DNA of 64,000 nucleotides from Felis catus (Eukaryota), in assembly GCF_018350175.1 (NCBI RefSeq), contig NC_058368.1, forward strand, positions 37,574,001 through 37,638,000, in the 5' to 3' direction. Positions 1 to 12,760 of the stretch are shown one piece after another. Positions within the stretch are counted from its first letter, which is position 1. Every line of letters begins with the position of its first letter. The notes beneath the pieces were generated by a model that saw only the letters and a list, made by a program, of their open reading frames with translations, made no database searches and was not told the DNA's origin. The translations under genes were made by a program, and so were the position numbers.

Positions 1-559
1 TTCTCATTCTCATGCTGATTTCCTTGAATTGCTTTTGTAATTTAACATTATCATCAACAGTGAACATTTTCCTGGGAAACAGAGTAGTACGATAATTGGA
101 GAAAAAAAAAAAACGCTTGACACAGTTATAATTCTTTAATCTTTTCAAATGATGTGATAATATGTTTTCCTCTCCTTTTTATTTAATTATGCTAGTCACA
201 TATACTTTTTAATAAATAAACTTAACCCTCCATAGGAAATTTCTTAATATTTTTTATCATTCTATCATTTCAGGAATTGAGGGACACAACTCAATGACCA
301 CATAGAGTCATTTTCTATAAAATATTAAGATAGTACTATCTTGTTAAGGAAAAAGTAGGTATATACTACATATATTTTGGTTAATTTGAATATATGATGT
401 GTGTCAGATAATGGCTCTTGCAATCAACATATTTATACACTTAAGTCTAATAAACATTTCTGTCCTAACTAGGATTCCTGAAACTCTGATTATAAATCCT
501 AAAGTTTATCACTTCCCTTAGCAGTAATAATGATATAAGTGAATATAAAATCAGTCCTC

Positions 560-1780
560 ACCTCTCATTTCCTTAGGTATGTCCCCACCTTCTCATGGCT
601 TTAAAATCAATCTATCTAGGGGCGCCTGGGTGGCGCAGTCGGTTAAGCGTCCGACTTCAGCCAGGTCACGATCTCGCGGTCCGTGAGTTCGAGCCCCGCA
701 TTGGGCTCTGGGCTGATGGCTCAGAGCCTGGAGCCTGTTTCCGATTCTGTGTCTCCCTCTCTCTCTGCCCCTCCCCTGTTCATGCTCTGTCTCTCTCTGT
801 CCCAAAAATAAATAAACGTTGGAAAAAAAAAAATTAAAAAAAAATTAAAAAATAAATAAATAAATAAAATCGATCTATCTAAATGTATATCTACAGTCAG
901 TCAACTCTCCTTAATTCCAGACCATGCATACAATAGTTTCTCAATACCTCCCTTTGCACATCTGATAAACATCTCAAACTTAATATGCCTATTAGTGTAA
1001 TAGATGCCTGATTTTCATTACCCCCAATCTTCAACTCCTCTAGATTTCTCTAAGTTAATAGCAAGTTCCACTCTTCCAGTCATTCAGGCAAAAACTTGGA
1101 TAATCCTTGATACCATCTTTTAATCCCATTATCTTGCTAATTAGTCATCACATCCAAATGAGTCTATCTTCAAATTACATCCAGAATTTAACCAAAGTTC
1201 ACTGCTACCACTGTGCTCACGGCACAATCATCTCTTTTCCTTGACCAGGAAAGCCTCCCGGTGGTCCAGCTGGAGGTACTCTGACAATGCAGCAGCCAGG
1301 ATAGGCTACCTCTTACTGGCCTCACATAATCTGGAGCTGGAACATTACCTCTCTATGTCATCTTCCATTTTGCTTTCTCCCACTCATTCTGACCTGGCCC
1401 TTCTGTTTTTCTTGCTGCAATTATACACCTGGCTCAAGATCTTTGTCCATCCCGCTCTTCCTGCCCAGATTTTTCCTCCAGATACCTTAAAGTCTTGCTC
1501 CTTCACCTCATTTAATTCTTTGCTAAATGTTACCTTCTCAGTGACATCTTCCCTGGAAACTTTAAAGTTCAATCCTTTCCCAGACCCTGGATTCTCCATC
1601 AATTTTCCTTGCTTTTATTTCTCTCCAAAGTATTTATCACCTTCTAACATTCTGTAAAATCTAAGAATTTGTTTAGTCTTTCTCTTTCCACTAGAATTAA
1701 GTTGTATGAGGGGAGAAGTTTTGCCTTTTTTTTTTTTTTTTGTATGGCTTAATCACTGTCCCAACAATAGAGCTGGGTGC
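560..1780 (+). mobile_element. L2 LINE 3' fragment (interrupted by SINE at 619)
   Basis: L2-like blocks catggctttaaa..., catctcaaacttaatatg, caggcaaaaacttgga..tccttga, ccactagaattaagttgtatgaggg; boundaries approximate. Confidence 0.65.
619..865 (+). mobile_element. Can-SINE, young SINEC_Fc type
   Basis: GGGGCGCCTGGGTGGCGCAGTCGGTTAAG tRNA-derived head, CT tract, A tail; 16-bp TSD aaaatc(a/g)atctatcta at 603-618 and 866-881. Confidence 0.97.
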
Positions 1781-1815
1781 ATTCCTTGTGCATGTGGATA
1801 CATAAAAGGGGTTGT

Positions 1816-2036
1816 GGGGCGCCTGGATGGCTCAGTCGGTTAATCGTCCAACTCTTGATTTAGGCTCAGGTCATGATCTTATGATTTGTAAGTTCAAGCC
1901 CCACTTGGGCTCTGTGCTGACAACATGCAACCTGCTTGGGATTCTCTCTCTCTCCCTCTTTCTCTATCCCTCACCTGCTCATGCTCATGCACATGCTCTC
2001 TCTCTCTAAGTAAATAAACATTTAAATAATTAAAAA
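1816..2036 (+). mobile_element. Can-SINE (older subfamily)
   Basis: Head GGGGCGCCTGGATGGCTCAGTCGG, CT tract, A-rich tail; degenerate TSD ataaaaggg..t. Confidence 0.93.
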
Positions 2037-2139
2037 ATAAAAGGGTTATGTAGGATTCTTAATCATCTCTGTAGAATATTCTTTAGGTAGGTTCTATTAA
2101 TTGGGATAAAAATAATCACTAGATATCATTCTATCCTTC

Positions 2140-2480
2140 TGGATAGAATAAACTATGCACCAGTGAAAAACAATCCAAGAATCTCAGTGGTTTACAACTA
2201 TAGTGGTTGATTTCTGGCTTACGATCACACATCCATAATGAGCCAGTGTGGTTCTATCCACATCACCTTCATCCAGGATGTCAAAATCCAGGATTTTGCC
2301 CTTGTTAGAAAGGCAAATAAAAGAAACCGTGGCTAGCCATGTGCTGACTCCTAAACCTTCTGTTTGAAAGTATCCCTTTTTTGTTTATATTTCAATGGCA
2401 AAATGAGTTCTATGCTCAATCCTGAGGTCCTCAGGCAGGGAAGTATAATTATTTCAAAGCAAGAAGTAGAAATAATTATC
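2140..2480 (-). mobile_element. Old MaLR LTR fragment (MLT1K/L-like)
   Basis: aacaatccaagaatctcagtggtttacaac...tttct resembles the antisense MLT1 terminus; highly diverged. Confidence 0.4.
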
Positions 2481-2827
2481 AGCTATGATACTATAGTTTA
2501 CATTATTATATTTAAATCATAATGAAAATGACCCATGTACATTATTTGTTTTAAACAATTTAGTTATTATGTTTCTGATGCTTTCTAAATTTGGAGTTCT
2601 CATTATTTTCTTTCTTTTAAAGTTTTAGGGTATATGAAATATAGTCTTTATGCTTTCAACTTCTCTATTGTTTCAATAATTAAAATAATCTATAAGTCTT
2701 TTTTATAAGCATGCTTTATCTTATCTTTTCCTAATGATAAATAAAGAGTATTCTTTTGGGGGCACAAATTTTAACTCACTATTACAATCTTTAATCCTTG
2801 CCTTATGAATGTAAAAAAGGTATATAG

Positions 2828-3628
2828 TTGTTTTCATCCATTTGGGCTGCTATAAAAAACAAAAACAAAACAAAACATTGACTTGGTGGTTTATGAATAG
2901 CAGACATTTATTTCTTACTGTTCTGGAAGCTGGGAAGTCCAAGATCAGAGTGCTGGCAGACACAATATCTGGTTTTTAGATTGCTGTCTTTTCACGTGTT
3001 CTCTCATGGCAGAAGTAGGGAGGGAGTTTTTTGTAAGAGCTCTAATCCCCTTCATGAGGGCTTCACCTCTTGACCTAATGAGGTCCCAAAGTCTCCACCT
3101 CCTAATACCATCATATTAGGGTTTAGGGTTTCAATATATGAGTTTGGGGAAATGGGGGAGATACAACACATAGCTTTCCACTCTGACAGCCCCCTAAATT
3201 CATGTCTTCATATCCTTCTCTCGTGCATAAGGCACTCATCCCATCCCAACAGGCACCAAAGTCTTAGCTTATTACAGAATCAACAAAAGTCTAAGTCCAA
3301 AGTGTCATTTAACTATCATTGAAATCATATATGGGTGAGACTGAAGGTATGTTTCATTCTGAGGCAAACTGCTTTCCTCCAGCTGTGATCCTGTGAAACA
3401 TGTTATATACTTCCAAAATACAATGATGGGACAGGTGTAGGATAGATACTCCCTTTTGAAAAGATCAAAATAGAAAAGAATATCAGGTCCTAAGTAAGTC
3501 TAAAACTAATTGGCTCCACCCTCATGACCTAATCTTATCCCAAAAGCCTCATCTCCTAACATAATCCCCTTGGGATTTAGGATTTCAACATACGAATTCT
3601 GGGGAGACAAAAATATTGAGTCCATAGC
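2828..3628 (-). mobile_element. MLT1A-like MaLR: LTR + internal remnant + partial second LTR
   Basis: tccatttgggctgctataa...ttctggaagctgggaagtccaagatc LTR; LTR-terminal block occurs twice (~3060-3174 and ~3511-3628) around an internal-like segment. Confidence 0.8.
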
Positions 3629-3783
3629 TATAATTATTAGAAAGAACGGTCCTATTCTAACAGTCTAGCTATGATTCACTTATTCCCAAGTAGATCATTG
3701 GTACAATGGCAATAAAAAGAATATGATAGATTTGAGATACAAGAAGGAAAACATATGGGGCATAAATATTGAATAGGTGTTTT

Positions 3784-3999
3784 AAAAAAAATTTTTTTAA
3801 TGTTTATTTATTTTTGAGACAGAGAGAGACAGAGCAGGAACAGGGGAGGGTCAGAGAGAGGGAGACACAGAATCTAAAACAGGCTCTAGGCTCTGAGCTG
3901 TCAGCACAGAGCCCGACGCAGGGCTCGAACTCACGGACCGCGAAATCATGACCTGAGCCGAAGTCGGCCGCTTAACTAACTGAGCCACCCAGGTGCCCC
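3784..3999 (-). mobile_element. Can-SINE (SINEC_Fc type)
   Basis: Antisense head ends ...gccacccaggtgcccc; TSD attga(a/t)taggtgtttt 3768-3783 / 4000-4015. Confidence 0.96.
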
Positions 4000-4264
4000 A
4001 TTGATTAGGTGTTTTAGAAACAGACAAGAAAGTTGAGTATTATGTCAAGATTCATGGCCTGGAATTTTTGCATTCAAAGTAACTTCAGTCAGAATTGAGG
4101 AAGCCCTTTTGGGATTCCTGCACTGAGGGAATCTTGTTTCACAGCTGTCTGGACAATATTTCCTTTTCACTGTTTTCTTGAATTCGATAAAGCTCAAGCT
4201 TTCTGCCATCATGCATTTCTTGATGTGGGAAACAGAGCCACAAGGACAACCATTTAAATGCACA

Positions 4265-4465
4265 GGCTTTTGAATCTTCCAGTTCTGAGCCAAGTGGCTC
4301 AATCCCTTGGAGTAATCCTGGATAAATTACTTAGCTTCTCTCAGCTTCAGTTTTCCCTCTCTGTAATTAGAAAATCATTACAATCTATGTGGAACCTTAA
4401 TGAATTACTGCATGCAAAATGCCTCACACAGTCCCTACAATATAATAAGCCTTCCATAAATATTT
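4265..4465 (+). mobile_element. MIR SINE
   Basis: MIR core-like ggataaattacttagcttctctcagcttcagttttccctctctgtaa and 3' end cacagtccctacaatataataagccttccataaatatt. Confidence 0.7.
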
Positions 4466-5809
4466 TGTTTTTGTTATCCAACCTAAACATTTTAAAGCTT
4501 CTTGTTTTCCATTATTTGTTTCTGCTGAAATTTGAGATCCTGGAATTCATATCATCTGTTCATTATTAATAGAGAGGACAACCAATGTGAAAATTTACAG
4601 GGGACTGAATGCTGAAAGTATATACTGAGAAGAAAGGAAGAAACCTCGCAGCTGCATACTGAGACTAGGATATATTATGGAATTTTAGAATACAGACTGA
4701 ATTGAAATTATTCGGGAGGTTTAGTTTCTGTTTGATTAAACTATGTAAATTTGCTTGAAAAATACATCTGTCAAAGGCAGTGCAAAAATAAATAAATAAA
4801 TAAATCCGTGAATCCATGACTTACTGCCCAGGAGGTAACAGAGTTTTGCTGACAAAATCATGTAAATGCCACAAACTCAGTTTGGAGTCTTAGGGTTGCT
4901 GAAAGAGTTCTCTTTTCTGTGAGTTGAGTAGTTTAATGGTCACATTTTTGACAAAAATGACACTATTAACTACCTGGGGGATATAAAAAAGATATGTGAA
5001 TTTAGCCCTCATTGAAATATATGACATTTTGTTGGAAACAAATATGGATATGGCACACAACTGGAAATGAATACGAGTTAAAAAGGAAAATTATATTTTC
5101 ATGATAATATTGAGAGTTATTGACTAGATGTAATACTTAGAGCTACAGAAATACTGAAGTCAGCTACTGAAAACTATTTTTTTTTAAAGCAAATGATCAA
5201 GGCACAAACTTAACAGAATGTTTTATCAGTGATGGGGATTCTCTGGAGTCATATTGCAAAGGAAGAATGGCATTAGGAATGTGCACTATTGCCAAGAAAG
5301 CAGAGAGCTTTAAAAAGGAAAGTCTGAAATGTGGAGACATGTCAAACAGGAAGTGAGCTTAAAACATTCAGATTTATCTGGCTTTAGTATTAGATGGGCA
5401 ATGATCTTTCAGGAGAACTAAATTTTAGTAGATAAGCAAATTTTAAAAATTGATTCCAAAGCCATTTAAACAGAAAGTAATCAGAAAATAAAGAGAGCAA
5501 ATACAGATGTCTCTTGAAAATTTTGATGATTAAAAGGAAACAGGGACCTTCGTTTTGTGCTGTTTCACAGACCATTATTCAGACATTCTACTGAAAATAA
5601 CCAAAAGTAGATAAAAGTCATAAGTTAAAAGTATAAAGTGCTAGGGAAAGTCTAATTAAAAATCGATAATAATTATACACAAAAAATTACAAAGCTTAAA
5701 TGCATGACATTTAAAGAGATTACAAATGGAGATGTATATACAGTATCCAGTAATTACAAAACATTTTGAAATGATAATTTTCCTCACATTGATAGAGTAA
5801 GTGAAATTT

Positions 5810-6030
5810 TTTTAAATTTTTTTTATTAACGTTTATTTATCTTTGAGACAGAGAGAGACAGAGCATGAACAGGAGAGGGGCAGAGAGAGAGGGAGACACA
5901 GAATCTGAAACTGGCTCCAGGCTCTGAGCTGTCAGCACAGAGCCCGACGGGGGGCTCCAACTCACGGACTGTGAGATCATGACCTAAGCCGAAGTCGGAC
6001 GCTTAACCGACGGAGCCACCCAGGCGCCCC
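5810..6030 (-). mobile_element. Can-SINE (SINEC_Fc type)
   Basis: Antisense head ...gccacccaggcgcccc; TSD agtaa(g/a)tgaaattt. Confidence 0.96.
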
Positions 6031-6372
6031 AAGTAAATGAAATTTAATTCCAATTATTATCACGATAGGTTATGAAATAAAGACTAATCATTGTTTTATC
6101 ACTAAGAATATTAACATCACAAGGAGTTATTATTATGTATCACTAAGTATATAATAGGTAAGGATGTGAAATAAAGGAAATCTAAACTATTGTGTTGACA
6201 ATACAACATTTACTGAGCAGTTAGATAAACAGTTTGCCATTAGCTATTAAAAATGCACATCCTTAAGGCAGCAGACAGACTCTGGTGTATGTATGCTGGA
6301 GAAACTCTTGAACGTGTGCCCCAGGAGAAATTTAGCAGGATGTTTGTAAAAGTGTGCTGGTTGGTAAGTACA

Positions 6373-6590
6373 AGAAAAGGAGAAAAGAAAGGAAAGGAAA
6401 GGGAAGGGAAGGGAAGGGAAGGGAAGGGAAGGGAAGGGAAGGGAAGGGAAGGAAAGGAAAAGAGAAAAGAAAAAAGAAAAGGAAAGGAAAGGAAAAGGAA
6501 AAGAAGGAAAGGAAGCGAAAAGAAAAAGGAAAGGGAAAAGGAAAGAGGAAAGGGAAGGGAAGTGAAGGAAACTGAAAAGAAAACAAAAAC
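6373..6590. repeat. Polypurine (GGGAA)n/(GGAAA)n simple repeat
   Basis: Directly visible pentamer array. Confidence 0.95.
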
Positions 6591-6616
6591 AAAAACATGT
6601 AAATCAATAATAGAGT

Positions 6617-6794
6617 CAGGATTGGCTTCACGGGCATGTGGTCTAGGCAGTCTAATGGGGGCCCACACGTAAAATGTACCTTTGCTTGGCTTAATACTTT
6701 GCCGTCACTATCTTAAAATTGATAATACTTTTTGAACTTGGGGCCTCACGTTTTCATTTTGAATTAGCTCTCACAAATTATAAAGCCAGTCCTA
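6617..6794 (+). mobile_element. MER45A-like hAT non-autonomous DNA transposon
   Basis: Ends CAGGATTGGCTT...AAGCCAGTCCTA form a TIR; body cttggcttaatactttgccgtcactatcttaaaatt..ttttcattttg matches MER45A as remembered. Confidence 0.75.
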
Positions 6795-8786
6795 CAGAAC
6801 TGAAAAATAAATCATATATTTACACAGTGGACTATTACTGCAATGAAAACGGGTGAACCACAGCATCATGCAGTAACTTGCTTATAGCCCACAAATTAAT
6901 ATATCCACTGTGACTCCATTTCAACAAATTGGAAAAGCAGGGAAAATTAGATTATTTTTGTTTAAGAATGTACAAATGGGTAAAGAAACTATATTTTAAA
7001 AAAGCAAGAGACTTTTATCAGATAAGTTAGTATATTGGTTGTATCTAAGCAATAGGGACATATGATCTACACAGGAGTCTTCTATAATCTTGGAACTATA
7101 TTCTTTTTATCCAAGGTTATGGTGAAATAGGTTCTTACAGATTCTCTGTACATGATTTATACTTTCCCCTTTATGTATGATTTAGTCCTCCCCAAGAAAA
7201 ATTTAAAATAAAAATAAAATGTAGGCCAACTAGAATTAAATGATATCTGTCCGTGACTTTGAACAGTAGCCCTAGAGCTCCACTGTGTTTGGGTGAAAGG
7301 GAAGTTGAGGGGAAGGAAATGCAAATGCCAGATGGAAGAAGCAAGTTTGAAGAGGCTCCTTGAAGTTTTATACAGATGTCCCAGTGATTCTCTACAGCTG
7401 AGTTCTTTCGTCTTTTAAATGATGGATTAGGAAATTAGTTATAATTGTAGTTTGAGGAGAAACAATATTAAAGGAACATGTTTAGTTTTTCAAAATGGAG
7501 AAAATTCAGCAAACTTTAGGCAAAGATCAAGAAGCTGTAACAAATTCAGTAGGAAGCACATTTGCCAATATGCCTTGGGCTTGTGGTTGCTGACTTTATT
7601 TTTCCCTCTTGCAATGGGCTAGAGAGCTTTCCTCTGCTACTAATGATGCTGAAATTGCCAAAGTTCTCCAACTAACGAAATGTTTGGAGACATCCTAGGA
7701 GAATGAGCATGGCATAGAAGTAAAACATCAAGGGCTATTGCCAGCTCTGGGACCCAGAATTAGTTTCCCCACCAGACCTCAGAGTCTCCCAGGGTGGAGC
7801 TATTTGCCTGCAATCCACATCCTGACAGCTGGGCACAGAGAGTCCCTTTGTGTCACTGTCTCAGGGGTGGAAGTTAAATAGTTTACAGCCGCCTTCACTA
7901 TTTCACACCACAAACGTATGTGGTGTTGTGCTGGCTAAGTAGGGCTGAAAACTTCAGGGTTATATAAATAAGCACTATGATGATGAAAACTACTGCTTAT
8001 CATTCTAGCTACAGGGTCTTTATGATTAAGAGCCTCAATCATCCTAACTTCCTACGAGTGCTGCGGGGTGGCACAAAGACCCCATTAGCAGTCCTCAAGC
8101 TGCATATTTTCCTAGATCACTTTTAGGCCACTGACCAAAGGGGTAAAGATGTTAGAGATGACCTGGTTTTAAAAGGAGCCCTTCTATAAGTTGAATTCAC
8201 TAGTGGAATTTCATTAATGGAAGTTTCTTCTTCCAGGGAAAAGCAGGCGACTAATTAAAAACAACATATTGTAACTGCTCCTCCTAGAACACTCTAGTAG
8301 TAAATTGTGCTCCTCTGGTGTCGGATAAATCGTTGTTTTCCTCTAAAAGCTGTCACACAGTTTTCGAGATTACCCCTTGAAAGTTAGGTTTGCATTTATC
8401 TGACAGTGGCATTTATAATATGTGAACACCTTGAGCAAAACTTTCTGTCTACCAACTTGGTAATTTACCTTTTATAAACTTGGTTTCACATCAGATAGTC
8501 TAATGCATTTTGCCATTCATTATAGAATCATGTCTAGAGGCATATTCTTTTCTGGACTGTGTCAAGCATCTCAGCAATCTTGTTTTAACCTGAACATACC
8601 ACTCCAATACATTATAACATAAAATGATTTGGAGGGTGTCAAGACCACTTCTGCCTCTACATATCTTCTCTTCCCAACTTAGTCTCAAACACTTATCTTC
8701 CAGAGTCTCACTGGAAGTTTCTATGGGACTGAAACAGAAGTAAGTACATTACCTGGAAGGTCACTCTATAAACAAACTTACTCTAT

Positions 8787-8904
8787 GGAGTGCCTGGGTG
8801 GCTCAGTTGGATAGGTGCCCAACTTCAGCTCAGGTCATGTTCTCACAGTTTGTGAGTTTGAGCCCCACATCGGGCTGCATGCTGACAGCTCAAAGCCTGC
8901 TTGC

Positions 8905-8945
<41 letters not shown>

Positions 8946-9020
8946 CCTCCCTCCCTCTGCCCCTCCCCCACTTGTGCTGTTTTTGTCTCTCAAAATAAAT
9001 AAGTAAAACGTAAAAAAAGT
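8787..9020 (+). mobile_element. Can-SINE
   Basis: GGAGTGCCTGGGTGGCTCAGTTGG head, long (CT)n, A tail. Confidence 0.93.
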
Positions 9021-9078
9021 AAAGAATGTCTCATTTTCATAACTTAGCAATGCAACTAACTTCTGAAGTTTTTAAGCA

Positions 9079-9079
9079 A

Positions 9080-9110
<31 letters not shown>
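9079..9110. repeat. (AAT)n microsatellite
   Basis: About 10 perfect units. Confidence 0.95.
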
Positions 9111-9392
9111 GGATTTTTAGATGACATTTAGCTATCCTTATGAAATTACTTCAGATAAATATAGTGATAGTACATTGACTTAATATACAGTAATATAATA
9201 TTTTAGAAATTTCATTGCGTAACAGATTGAGACATAAACATGTGTCACATCACTATAAATCATTCAAAAGCCTGTAACAACTTCTGATATTTCTTAAAGC
9301 TCTATTTCCCTGTAACTTAGAGTTTTAGGTTTAATTATAGATCTATGATAAAGACCGCTGTAGCAGTTTGCCATTTTGATCTGCCTAGGCTT

Positions 9393-9606
9393 GGGGCGCC
9401 TGGGTGGCGCAGTCGGTTAAGCGTCCGACTTCGGCCAGGTCACGATCTCGCGGTCCGTGAGTTCGAGCTCCGCGTCAGGCTCTGGGCTGATGGCTCAGAG
9501 CCTGGAGCCTGTTTCCGATTCTGTGTCTCCCTCTCTCTCTGCCCCTCCACCGTTCATGCTCTGTCTCTCTCTGTCCCAAAAATAAACAAACGTTGAAAAA
9601 AAAAAA
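9393..9606 (+). mobile_element. Can-SINE, young SINEC_Fc type
   Basis: CpG-rich intact body; perfect 18-bp TSD tttgatctgcctaggctt 9375-9392 / 9607-9624. Confidence 0.97.
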
Positions 9607-9959
9607 TTTGATCTGCCTAGGCTTTTTCTACTTTACTGATGATAGATTCCTCATTCCCGTAAGAAGTTGATTCCATCTATTTACAGGTGGTAAAGTCTAA
9701 TCTTCTGCCTAAGGATTTGGTTATAAGAGTTCTGTCTAATCAGAATACCCAATTCCCAGCATTGATGTAATTGATTCAGGACTGAGAATATTACTCACGT
9801 GGGGCCATCAAGGGTCCGTGTGAGGATTTTCAAGGCTATCCGGAAGGAGTTGTGTTAGATGTTGCTAACCTCCTGGAAAAGAAACCTTCAGTTAAAAAGA
9901 TAATTTTTTAAAGTTTTTCGGGAATGTTCTTATTGCGCGTGCACACACACACACATTTC

Positions 9960-11700
9960 CATACTTTTTCACCACCCAAACAGAACTCAGTAACCACTGG
10001 GCAATAACTCAGCCATTCTTCCTCCCCACAATCCTGGTAACCTTTGAATTAACCTATTTTTGATATATCTTGAAAGTGGAATCATATAACGTTTGTCCTT
10101 TTATGTCTTATTATACTGAGTATATGTTTTCAAAGTTCTTTATGTATCTGGACTTTATTCGTTTTTATTACAGAACAATAATGCATTGTATGTATATACA
10201 GCATTTTGTTTCTCCATTCAGCTGTTGGCGGACATTTGAGTTGTTTACGCTTTTAGTTGTGCCATACTGTTTCCTAGTTTTTGAAGTTTCTTAAGCTTTT
10301 TAAACAACCAAACTTTTCCACATCTGCTGCACCATTTTAAATTCCCCACTATCAATGTACAAAAGGGCATATATGTTGGTAATTGTTATATCTTCTCAGG
10401 TCATCCTCTTGTCAGTATGTAAAGATCTTTCTTTGCCCTTGTCATGGGTTTTGACTTAAAATTTATTTTGTTTAATATTAATCTAGCCATTCCAGCTCTT
10501 CGTTGGTTACTATTTGCATAGAATATTTTTTCCATCCTTTCATTTTCAATCTCTTTGTGTCTTACAGTGTAAACTGAGTCTCATATAGACTACATGTAGT
10601 TAGTTGTATTTTGGTTTTTGTACCATTGTGTGAATCTTTGTCTTTTGACTGGAGAGTTTAATTTGCATTCAAGGTAATGACAAATAGGAAAGGACTTATT
10701 TCTGCTATTTGACTATTTGTCTTTTGTAGGTGCCTCATATGTACTTTTTTGTCCCTCATTACCTTCATTACTGCCTTCTGTTGTGTTTAGTTGATTTTTT
10801 TATTAAACCATTTTGTTATCCTTCTCATATTTTTTCCTGCATAATTTTTAGATATTTTCTTTGTGGTTACCATGGAAATTTATTTAACATCTTAAACTCA
10901 TAACAGTCTGGTTCAAAATGATACCAACAACTTTAACAGCATACAAAATTCTGCCCCTATACAGCTCTGACCCCCCCACCCTGCACCTTTATGTTGTCAT
11001 TGTCACAAATTACATCTCTACCTATTATGTGTACAAGAGCTTAGATATACAATTATTCATTTGTCTTTTAAATTTTGTGGGAAATAAAGTGGAGTTACAA
11101 ACCAAAACTACAGTTAATACTGGATTACATTTATGCCCATATATTTAGTAGAGATCTTTATTTCTTCATATGGCTTTGAGTAACTATTTAGTGTTCTTTC
11201 ATTCCAAATTTAAAGTCTATTTTTTTGAGAGAGAGAGAGAAAGAGGGGGAGAGAGAGAGAGCACACACACACTTGCACACGGTATGAACAGGGAAGGGGC
11301 AGAGAGAGAAAGAGAGAGAGAATCCCAAGCATGTTCTGCTGTCAGCACAGAGTCTGACATGGGGCTCAATCTCAAGAACATGAGATCATGACCTGAGCTG
11401 AGATCAGGAGTCAGATGCTTAACCTACTGAAGTACCCAGGTGCCCCTAGTGTCCTTTCATTTCAGTCTGGAGAACTCCCTTTAGCATTTCTTGTAGGACA
11501 GTTTAGTGGTAACAAACTCCCTCATTTCTGTTTATCTGAGAATGTCCTAACTTCTCCCTCATTTTGATGGACAGTTTTGCCAGCTGCACAATTCTTTTGT
11601 TCACAGGACATTTAATATGCCATCCCACTGTCTTCTGGTCTCCATGGTGTGATAAGAAATCCATTGTTAACTTTCTGAGGATCATTTGTATGATATACCA
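9960..11700 (-). mobile_element. Old L1 fragments (L1M types), interrupted by SINE
   Basis: Antisense L1 3' motifs (aagtggaatcatataac.., ctgcaccattttaaattccccactatcaatgtac) then antisense ORF2-type T-rich sequence. Confidence 0.75.
11204..11446 (-). mobile_element. Can-SINE (older)
   Basis: Antisense head ...cccaggtgcccc; TSD tagtgt(t/c)ctttcatt 11189-11203 / 11447-11461. Confidence 0.93.
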
Positions 11701-12126
11701 ACACTATTTTTTTTTAAAGATGCTTTATGTAAGATTGAACATTTAGTGGCAGAATTAAAAAGCTGAAAAAATTCTGGAGCTAATAATTTTTTTTTTTACT
11801 TTGTTGCTTTTACTCTTGGAACACGTAAGTAACAAGGGTGTTAAGTAAGTCTCAAATGTTTTCAGTTTGGAAAGACTATACCTTCATAATCAGTCCACAC
11901 CCCTGTGTTCTGGGAAAGACTGGTAGCCCAGCTATATAAAAAGTTCTACCCAATGCTTTTTCAAAAAATACACTTTTGTCTTGATAAGTTTAATTATTTA
12001 AGTGGTAAGACCTTATTGCCAAGGTCTTAGTGTATTACTGAGGAAAATGCCAAATAATTTTTTATTTTAGTTTTACAAATATTTGTACATGTTTGCCGCA
12101 TATGTGGATGCTAAAACGTTATTTCT

Positions 12127-12348
12127 TTTTTTAAATTTTTTTTCAACGTTTTTATTTATTTTTGGGACAGAGAGAGACAGAGCATGAACGGGGGAGGGGC
12201 AGAGAGAGAGGGAGACACAGAATTGGAAACAGGCTCCAGGCTCCGAGCCATCCGCCCAGAGCCTGACGCGGGGCTCGAACTCACGGACCGCGAGTTCGTG
12301 ACCTGGCTGAAGTCCGACGCTTAACCGACTGCGCCACCCAGGCGCCCC
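12127..12348 (-). mobile_element. Can-SINE, young SINEC_Fc type
   Basis: Reverse complement of the 619/9393/39339 type; TSD aaaacgttatttct / aaaacgttgttatttct (3-bp indel). Confidence 0.97.
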
Positions 12349-12426
12349 GAAAACGTTGTTATTTCTAAGCAAAGTTTAATTTTGGCATTTGAAAAAATTA
12401 GAAACATTTATCAAAGATAGACTTTA

Positions 12427-12760
12427 TTATATAGAATATATAATAACTATATATATAATATATAGTTATATATAATAAATATATTCTATATGTAACATAT
12501 AGAATATATAACTATATAATCATATCGTTTTATCAAACATATCAAACATATATAGTTTTATCAAACACGATAGTTTTATCAAACATATCAAACATATATA
12601 ATATATATGTATATTTAATATATATGTATATGAATATATAATAACTATATAATATATAGTTATATATAATAACTATATAATATATATAATATATATAGAA
12701 TATATAATAACTATATAATATATAGTTTTATCAAACATATTATGATTATATAATCATAAC
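12427..12760. repeat. Complex (TA)-rich low-complexity/minisatellite
   Basis: Repeated ataactatat, tatagtttt, atcaaacat units in both orientations. Confidence 0.9.

Larger units (their letters stand above)
5640..7190 (+). mobile_element. Old L1 (L1ME-like) 3' fragments, interrupted by SINE, GA repeat and MER45A
   Basis: gaaactcttgaacgtgtgccccaggaga...aggatgttt, tacacagtggactattactgcaatgaaaa; heavily diverged. Confidence 0.55.

Noticed and set aside
593..837. Recurrent 'GAPGWRSRLSVRLQPGHDLAVREFEP...' ORF family (also 9345, 12073, 39842 and others)
   Set aside because: Translations of Can-SINE sequence, not a gene family.
6240..6672. 140-aa K/E/G/R-rich and F/L/S/P-rich ORFs (also 46440-46787)
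   Set aside because: Stop-free simple repeats.
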